Of a DNA stretch of 32,135 nt, positions 26,555-32,135 are shown piece after piece. The position numbers were made by a program, and so were the translations under genes. Source of the DNA: Candidatus Bipolaricaulia bacterium (GTDB lineage Bacteria; Bipolaricaulota; Bipolaricaulia; RBG-16-55-9); the NCBI GenBank assembly GCA_042219045.1, contig JBDGQO010000100.1:7301-39435 (forward strand), read 5' to 3'. The notes beneath the pieces were generated by a model. That model made no database searches, had not been told where the DNA came from, and saw only the letters and a program-made list of their open reading frames with translations. Within the stretch, counting starts at the first letter, position 1; the number at the start of each line of letters is the position of its first letter.

Positions 26555-28312
26555 ATGAGCGACAACGGCACCGACGAGCCCCTCGATTTCATCCGCCAAA
26601 TCATCGAGGAGGACGTTGCCAACGGGGTCAACGACGGCCGCGTGCACACCCGTTTCCCGCCCGAGCCGAACGGGTATCTCCACATCGGCCACTCCAAGGC
26701 GATCGTGCTCAACTTCAGCGTCGCCGAGGAATACCATGGCAAGTGCAACTTGCGCTTCGACGACACCAACCCGATCGCGGAAGAGAACCACTACGCCGAG
26801 GCGATGAAGGAAGACGTTCAATGGCTCGGCTTCGACTGGGAGGATCGCGAGTTCTACGCCTCCGATTACTTCGACCAGCTTTATGAGTTCGCCGTCGATC
26901 TCATCAAAAAGGGAAAGGCCTATGTCGACAGTCTCAGCCCCGATGAGATTCGCGAATATCGGGGCTCGTGGAACGAACCCGGCACGGACAGCCCCTATCG
27001 CAATCGCTCCGTCGAGGAAAATCTCGACCTCTTTGAACGGATGAAGAATGGAGAATTCGCCGAGGGCGAGGCCGTGCTGCGGGCCAAGATCGACATGGCC
27101 GCCTCGAACATGAACATGCGCGATCCCGTGCTCTATCGCGTGCTGCACGCCTCGCACCATCGCACGGGCGATGACTGGTGCGTCTACCCGACCTACGACA
27201 TGGCCCATGGCCAATCCGACGCCATCGAGGGGATCACGCACTCGCTCTGCTCGCTGGAGTTCCAGGACCATCGCCCACTCTACAACTGGCTGATCGAGCA
27301 GTTGGAATTCGAGAATCCGCCGAAGCAGATCGAGTTTGCCCGACTCAACATCAGCTACACCGTGCTGAGCAAGCGCAAGCTCATCGAGCTTGTCGAGCAA
27401 GGCCATGTAAGCGGTTGGGACGACCCACGCATGCCGACGTTGCGCGGGATGCGCCGGCGCGGGTTTCCGCCCAAAGCGATTCGAGACTTCTGTCATCAAA
27501 TCGGGGTAGCGAAAAAGAACAGCGTCCATGAGATGGGGATGCTGGAGGAGTGCGTCCGTGACGTGCTCAATCAGAGCGCGCCGCGCCGCATGGGCGTCTT
27601 ACGGCCACTGAAACTGGTGATTGAGAACTATCCCGAGGGCGAGGTCGAGTATCTGGACGCCGTCAACAACCCTGAGGACGAGAGCGCCGGCATGCGACAG
27701 ATCCCGTTTTCCCGGGAGCTCTACATCGAGCAGGACGACTTCATGGAGGACCCGCCGAAGAAGTTCTATCGGCTCACGCCCGACCGCGAGATTCGGCTGC
27801 GCTACGGGTATTTTGTCACGTGCACGGACGTCGTGAAGGACGATGAAGGCAACATTGTGGAAGTGCGCTGCACCTACGATCCCGAAACCCGCGGCGGCTA
27901 CGCCCCGGATGGGCGCAAGGTGAAGTCGACGCTGCACTGGGTGTCGGCGCCGCACGCGGTTCAAGTCGAAGCCCGCCTCTACGATCGGCTCTTCAACCGC
28001 GAGGCCCCGACTGACGTCGACGAGGGCGAGGACTGGACGGACAGCCTCAATCCCGATTCGCTCGAGGTCGTGGATGGGTGTTTGGCTGAGCCCAGCGTCC
28101 AGGAGCTGGCGGCTGGCGAGACGATCCAGTTCGAGCGGCTCGGCTACTTCCGCATCGATGAAGACTCTTCCGACGATCGCGTTGTCCTCAACCGGGCCGT
28201 GACATTGAAAGACCAGTGGTCCAAGATCCAGGTGGAAGAACGCAAGGCGAAAAAGCGGCGCGAGAAGGAGCGCGAAAAGGAACGCCAACGCCAGCAGCAG
28301 CAACAGAGCTAG
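26555..28312 (+). CDS. glnS: Glutamine--tRNA ligase
   Basis: [58 protein letters not shown]. Confidence 0.97.
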   Translation: MSDNGTDEPLDFIRQIIEEDVANGVNDGRVHTRFPPEPNGYLHIGHSKAIVLNFSVAEEYHGKCNLRFDDTNPIAEENHYAEAMKEDVQWLGFDWEDREFYASDYFDQLYEFAVDLIKKGKAYVDSLSPDEIREYRGSWNEPGTDSPYRNRSVEENLDLFERMKNGEFAEGEAVLRAKIDMAASNMNMRDPVLYRVLHASHHRTGDDWCVYPTYDMAHGQSDAIEGITHSLCSLEFQDHRPLYNWLIEQLEFENPPKQIEFARLNISYTVLSKRKLIELVEQGHVSGWDDPRMPTLRGMRRRGFPPKAIRDFCHQIGVAKKNSVHEMGMLEECVRDVLNQSAPRRMGVLRPLKLVIENYPEGEVEYLDAVNNPEDESAGMRQIPFSRELYIEQDDFMEDPPKKFYRLTPDREIRLRYGYFVTCTDVVKDDEGNIVEVRCTYDPETRGGYAPDGRKVKSTLHWVSAPHAVQVEARLYDRLFNREAPTDVDEGEDWTDSLNPDSLEVVDGCLAEPSVQELAAGETIQFERLGYFRIDEDSSDDRVVLNRAVTLKDQWSKIQVEERKAKKRREKEREKERQRQQQQQS

Positions 28313-28322
28313 GACCCTCTTC

Positions 28323-29093
28323 ATGAGACCCAACCGAATGAAGCAACGCATCCAAGACGGCGAGTCGCTCATTGGGGCGTTCGTCAACGTTGCGCATCCC
28401 GAACTCGTGGAAATCCTCGGCCTGAGCGGCATCGACTTCGTCATTGTCGATGCCGAGCACACGAGCCTGACGCCGACGCAGGCCGAAGAGCTCATCCGCG
28501 CGGCCGAACTCCATGACGTCACCCCGGTCGCCCGCGTCGGCCGGAATGACCCGCAGACGATCCAGAAGTTTTTAGAAAGCGGGGCCCAAGGCGTGCTCAT
28601 CCCGTTGGTCAACACAGGTGAAGATGCCCAACGCGTCGTTGAGGCCGTCAAGTATCCGCCCCTCGGCAAACGCGGCCTGGCGCCGAGCCGGACCTCCCAA
28701 TGGGGCCTCGGCGAGGGCGGCATCGGCCAGCACGTTGAAGATGCCAATCGCGAGACGTTCATCGGCATTCAGATCGAAACCCACGAGGCTGTTGATCAAT
28801 TTGACGCCATCGTCGCCACCGAGCACGTCGATCTCGTCTTCTTCGGGCCGTCCGACTTGTCGACGGCACTCGGGCTGCCGGGCCAGACGCGGCATCCCGA
28901 CGTGGTCAGAATCATCGAGAAGCTGTCGCAACACGCCCACGATGCCGGCAAAGCCGTCGGCACGATCGCCCAGAACGGGGAAGCCGCCGAACGGTGGCGC
29001 CAGAACGGGATCCAGTGGCTGTGCACCGGCACAAGCGGCCTCTTCGCCAAGGGCGTGCGGAGCTATCTTGACGACGTGCGCGAGGCGTCGTGA
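28323..29093 (+). CDS. HpcH/HpaI class II pyruvate aldolase family
   Basis: DFVIVDAEH, KYPPLGKRG, QIET, FFGPSDLS. Confidence 0.92.
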   Translation: MRPNRMKQRIQDGESLIGAFVNVAHPELVEILGLSGIDFVIVDAEHTSLTPTQAEELIRAAELHDVTPVARVGRNDPQTIQKFLESGAQGVLIPLVNTGEDAQRVVEAVKYPPLGKRGLAPSRTSQWGLGEGGIGQHVEDANRETFIGIQIETHEAVDQFDAIVATEHVDLVFFGPSDLSTALGLPGQTRHPDVVRIIEKLSQHAHDAGKAVGTIAQNGEAAERWRQNGIQWLCTGTSGLFAKGVRSYLDDVREAS

Positions 29094-29126
29094 CAAGCCT
29101 GACGTCTTGCATTTGGGCCTCGAGCC

Positions 29127-29912
29127 ATGCCTGACGACCGCCTCCAAGACCGCGACCTGATTGCCATTCACGCCAAGCAGAACGTCGTGCTCAAGCGACT
29201 CCAGGCGGGCGAGCAACTGTCGCTCCATCTGGGCACGATCGCCTGCGACGCGATCATCGGGCACCCACCGGGCTTGAAGGTCCGCACTCACCTGGACCGG
29301 CCGGTGACGATCGTCCGACCGACCCTCAGCGACTTCATGCTGAACATGAAGCGCCAAAGCGGGATCGTCTACCCCAAGGAGATCGGCGCGCTGTTCGTGT
29401 GGGCCGACATTCGGGCGGGGATGCGCGTCATGACCGCCGGCGCCGGCTCGGGCGCGTTAACGCTGGCGCTGTTGAGCGCCGTCGGACCGAAGGGCCGCGT
29501 CTACAGCTACGATGTCCGCGAGGACATGCTGGCCCTGACGCGCGAAAACGCCACTGAGTTTTTCGACAAGACGCCCTCGTGGCTCCATTTGCGAATTGGC
29601 GATATCTCAGACGGCATTGCCGAACGGGGTCTGGACCGGGTCATCCTCGATTTGCCCGAGCCGTGGGCTGCGCTGTCCGAGTTGACCGATGCGCTCCAAC
29701 CCGGTAGCCTGTTGGCCGTCTACGTCCCGAGCGTGACGCAGATCGAACGGTTCGCGGACGAACTACGCGAGCATCCCGAGTTCCAACAGCTCGACACGTT
29801 CGAGTCGTTGTTGCGCTTCTGGCACGTCAACCCGCCGAGCGTGCGCCCTCAACACGAAGGGGTCCGACATACGGGGTTTCTGATGCTTGCGCGCCGGATC
29901 GTCGAGGCATGA
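29127..29912 (+). CDS. trmI: tRNA (adenine-58-N1)-methyltransferase
   Basis: RPTLSDF, IVYPKE, AGAGSGALT, ILDLPEPW, VRPQH, HTGFL. Confidence 0.9.
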   Translation: MPDDRLQDRDLIAIHAKQNVVLKRLQAGEQLSLHLGTIACDAIIGHPPGLKVRTHLDRPVTIVRPTLSDFMLNMKRQSGIVYPKEIGALFVWADIRAGMRVMTAGAGSGALTLALLSAVGPKGRVYSYDVREDMLALTRENATEFFDKTPSWLHLRIGDISDGIAERGLDRVILDLPEPWAALSELTDALQPGSLLAVYVPSVTQIERFADELREHPEFQQLDTFESLLRFWHVNPPSVRPQHEGVRHTGFLMLARRIVEA

Positions 29913-29961
29913 CGATCGACAGCGCCACGTCGGACAACGATTTGGGCACAAGCGAGGCGGA

Positions 29962-30258
29962 TCATTCTTCCCACTCGATCTCGCGCACGACCTTCTCCTT
30001 GACGGGCAGCTCGTGCTCACCCGACTCGATTTGGGAGATCATCGCGTCGAGCGCGTAGCGCACGAGCGCGTTCTTCTCCACGGCGTACTGCTCGGCCAAC
30101 GCGTCGATGCGCTCGGCGAGATCGGGCGTCAAGAGGAACGTCCGCCGCTTCCACTTCTCCGGCTTGGGCGTTCCCTTCTGCCGACTCTCGGTCGGCCCGG
30201 CATCGATCGCGTGCTCCCAATTGCGAACCTTGCCCAGCTCCAGTCGATCATTCGCCAT
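29962..30258 (-). CDS. Small ribbon-helix-helix-like protein, putative ParA partner
   Basis: Disordered-looking N-terminus followed by KRRTFLL-TPDLAERIDALAEQY-KNALVRYALD (beta-helix-helix). Overlaps the parA end; strong SD AGGAGGTGAT. Confidence 0.7.
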   Translation of the reverse strand: MANDRLELGKVRNWEHAIDAGPTESRQKGTPKPEKWKRRTFLLTPDLAERIDALAEQYAVEKNALVRYALDAMISQIESGEHELPVKEKVVREIEWEE

Positions 30259-31015
30259 GCTGGATCACCTCCTCGGCGAGATGGCGATACGCCTCAGCGC
30301 CTCGCGACTCGGGCGCGTGTTCGAGGACGGTCAGCCCGCGCAGCGGCGCCTCGGCGATCTTGACGTTCACGGGAACCACGTATTCGAAGACGTTGCCGTC
30401 GAACTGCTCGCGCGCCTGATCGGCCACTTGAATGGAGAGGTTGTTGCGCGAGTCGAAAAACGTCAGCGCGATGCCGCCGAAGCTCAGCTCGGCATTCAGC
30501 TTGCGCTTGATGCGGTCGATGATGCCGAAGAGCTGATCCAGGGCCTTCCACGCTAGCCCTTGGCACTGCAGCGGAATGAGAAACTCATTGGCGGCCACCA
30601 GGGCATTGACCGTGTAGAAGCCCAATGACGGGGGCGCGTCGATCATGACGATGTCGACGCCGTGCCCTTCCAACCCTCGGATCGCCTCGTCCAGCTTGAA
30701 CTGGCGCTCGATGTCCGAGGCGTAGTTGACCTCCGCGGCGGACAGATCCATCGACGAGGGCATGAGATACAAGGGAAGCTCCTCGCGGGCGTGCGCCAGC
30801 GTCTCCGGCGTCCGCTCGGGGTCCTCGAGCGCGTCGAGCACGGTCGTCCGTTTGCCGTCGGCCTCGACGCCGTAGCTCATGGTGAGATTGGCTTGGGGAT
30901 CGAAGTCGATCAGGACGACGGTCTGGCCCTGCGAGGCCAGCTCGTAGCCGACGTTCTGCACGAAGGACGTCTTGCCCACACCGCCCTTCTGCGATGCCAC
31001 CGCAATCGTTCGCAT
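30248..31015 (-). CDS. parA: ParA/Soj family ATPase
   Basis: Deviant Walker A QKGGVGKT, IDFDPQANLT, IDAPPSLG, IAEAP; no N-terminal HTH. Confidence 0.92.
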   Translation of the reverse strand: MRTIAVASQKGGVGKTSFVQNVGYELASQGQTVVLIDFDPQANLTMSYGVEADGKRTTVLDALEDPERTPETLAHAREELPLYLMPSSMDLSAAEVNYASDIERQFKLDEAIRGLEGHGVDIVMIDAPPSLGFYTVNALVAANEFLIPLQCQGLAWKALDQLFGIIDRIKRKLNAELSFGGIALTFFDSRNNLSIQVADQAREQFDGNVFEYVVPVNVKIAEAPLRGLTVLEHAPESRGAEAYRHLAEEVIQHGE

Positions 31016-31190
31016 GTCCTCACCACCGCTGTTATCGGATGGGATCGAGCTTGATTGACGTCACAGGCGATTTCAAGGACTCATGTCTCGGTGAGTTGGG
31101 TTGATCCCAGTAACTGCCGAACACGGATGCGATGTTCCGGGTCGACTGAGATTTGGGCGAACGAGCAACGGGAGAAGTTGGAACGGGCGG

Positions 31191-31266
31191 TGGTGGAGAC
31201 GACCGGACTCGAACCGGCGACCTCCTGCGTGCAAGGCAGGCGCTCTCCCGACTGAGCTACGTCCCC
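31191..31266 (-). tRNA. tRNA-Ala(TGC)
   Basis: 76-nt cloverleaf GGGGACGTAGCTCAG...CTTGCAC...GTTCGAGTC...CTCCACCA; G3:U70 pair; CCA encoded. Confidence 0.97.
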
Positions 31267-31280
31267 ATGGCGTCGGCAAG

Positions 31281-31355
31281 TGGTGGGGCTAGGTGGATTC
31301 GAACCACCGGCCTCGCGCTTATCAGGCGCGCGCTCTACCACTGAGCTATAGCCCC
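31281..31355 (-). tRNA. tRNA-Ile(GAT)
   Basis: 75-nt cloverleaf GGGGCTATAGCTCAG...CTGATAA...GTTCGAATC...GCCCCACCA; CCA encoded. Confidence 0.97.
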
Positions 31356-31366
31356 TAGGTATTGTG

Positions 31367-31395
31367 AGTCTAGCGCATCATTCGTCGAGCTGCAA
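31367..31395 (-). promoter_or_regulatory. sigma70-type promoter of the tRNA-Ile/Ala pair
   Basis: TTGCAG (31390-31395), 17 nt spacer, TAGACT (31367-31372), ending 11 nt upstream of tRNA-Ile. Confidence 0.65.
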
Positions 31396-31532
31396 TCAGG
31401 GCTGCTTCAAGTTGGATTCCCTGACTTGTTGGAACCGAAAGACATGGTCTATCGGGGAGCAAGGGCTATGGGCTTACGGAAGTCGATGCTTCCGTAGCGC
31501 TCGACGAAGCGGCTGTGTCCTACCATCGACGT

Positions 31533-31541
31533 TGATACATT
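31533..31541 (+). promoter_or_regulatory. Extended -10 promoter for a leaderless transcript
   Basis: TG-A-TACATT with the hexamer at -12..-7 relative to the A of ATG 31548; no SD. Confidence 0.55.
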
Positions 31542-31547
31542 GACCGC

Positions 31548-31838
31548 ATGCCGAAATATCGAGGCCGAGGTGTCAAACGGGAGCATACGATCCTGCCAGG
31601 CTTTGACGAGGCGCTAGAGCGCATTGCAGCCATGGACGCCGTTCAATCGGTCATCCCCGCCCGAATCGCACAGATCCGGAGCAGCTCAGGCATCAAGCGC
31701 CTCAAGTTCCAATATCCCACCGAAACCGGCGCCAAACTCCAGGCCAAGGGCGGAGGCGCGGTCCAGGAAATCTTCGTCGTCACCGAAGATCCGGAACAGG
31801 TCCGTCAATTCATCTCGAATCTCTCGGTCGATGGCTGA
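31548..31838 (+). CDS. Small conserved protein, DUF2103-like
   Basis: KREHTILPG, SVIPARI, TETGAKLQAKGGGAVQEIFVVT resemble DUF2103 as recalled; not searched. Confidence 0.7.
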   Translation: MPKYRGRGVKREHTILPGFDEALERIAAMDAVQSVIPARIAQIRSSSGIKRLKFQYPTETGAKLQAKGGGAVQEIFVVTEDPEQVRQFISNLSVDG

Positions 31839-31845
31839 CACGCTT

Positions 31846-31865
31846 GACGGTCTGGCTTGACCGTC
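31846..31865 (+). terminator. Hairpin after the DUF2103-like gene
   Basis: GACGGTC-TGGCTT-GACCGTC begins 8 nt after the stop; no U tract. Confidence 0.35.
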
Positions 31866-32135
31866 CCGGCCCTCCCCCCGCATTCGGAGGATACGGCGCG
31901 AATCGAGGACGAGGGTCACGGCCGAACCCGTAGACACATTCGCCATCCATTGGGGCATCGTCACGCCCTCGGGCGCCTCGCCAGCGGAAGCCGTAGAGCC
32001 CGCTACTGCTGAGGCACCCGCGTTTCGACGCGTCGAGCTCAGCCCGCGGGAGACGTCGAGCGCGCCAACTTCCTCGTCCGTCGCTCGCAAGGCATCCGCG
32101 CTTCGCGTCAATGTTGAGGAATGCAGTCTCAATAG

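Noticed and set aside
30261..30273. TGGATCACCTCCT, identical to a 16S rRNA 3' end, near the tRNA pair
   Set aside because: It lies inside parA on the wrong strand and side for an rrn remnant; it is the strong SD (AGGAGGTGATCCA) of the RHH gene.
29962..31266. Integrated element at tRNA-Ala carrying parA
   Set aside because: No integrase was seen, no duplicated tRNA 3' end was noticed, and housekeeping trmI and glnS follow directly.
31686..32135. Minus-strand ORF at the right edge
   Set aside because: No recognisable motif, it overlaps the DUF2103-like gene by ~150 bp, and several frames are open; it cannot be assigned without flanking sequence.
1..32135. CRISPR arrays, IS elements, rRNA, riboswitches
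   Set aside because: No regularly spaced repeats, transposase motifs or recognisable rRNA/riboswitch consensus were seen by eye; an Rfam scan of the intergenic regions was not possible.

Overview
High-GC bacterial chromosomal region whose soluble proteins look Asp/Glu-rich. The left ~19.7 kb is one co-oriented minus-strand energy-metabolism cluster. In transcription order it holds: a Cys-bearing Crp/Fnr regulator; a wHTH::GltD/PreT-like flavoprotein::2[4Fe-4S] ferredoxin triple fusion; korA, korB and korC (2-oxoacid:acceptor oxidoreductase); a second GltD-like NAD(P)H flavoprotein with a ~65-aa insertion, overlapping nuoA by ATGA; an Fpo-like complex I without nuoEFG (A, B, C, D, H, I, J1, J2, K, L, M, N); and pntAA, pntAB and pntB (transhydrogenase, truncated at the window edge). 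The main hypothesis, which is inference, is an NADPH-centred respiratory module in which the GltD-like protein replaces the NuoEFG input module. Crp/Fnr-like boxes sit at -41.5 of both predicted operon promoters. The right part is mostly housekeeping: usp, rpiA, pckA, a secreted unknown protein, osmC-like, M32 carboxypeptidase, ABM/LsrG-like, a MazE-like remnant, glnS, HpcH aldolase, trmI, parA plus an RHH partner, a free-standing tRNA-Ile/tRNA-Ala pair with its own promoter, and a DUF2103-like gene. No CRISPR array, transposase, integrase or rRNA was seen. All family calls come from motif recognition by eye; no database searches were run.
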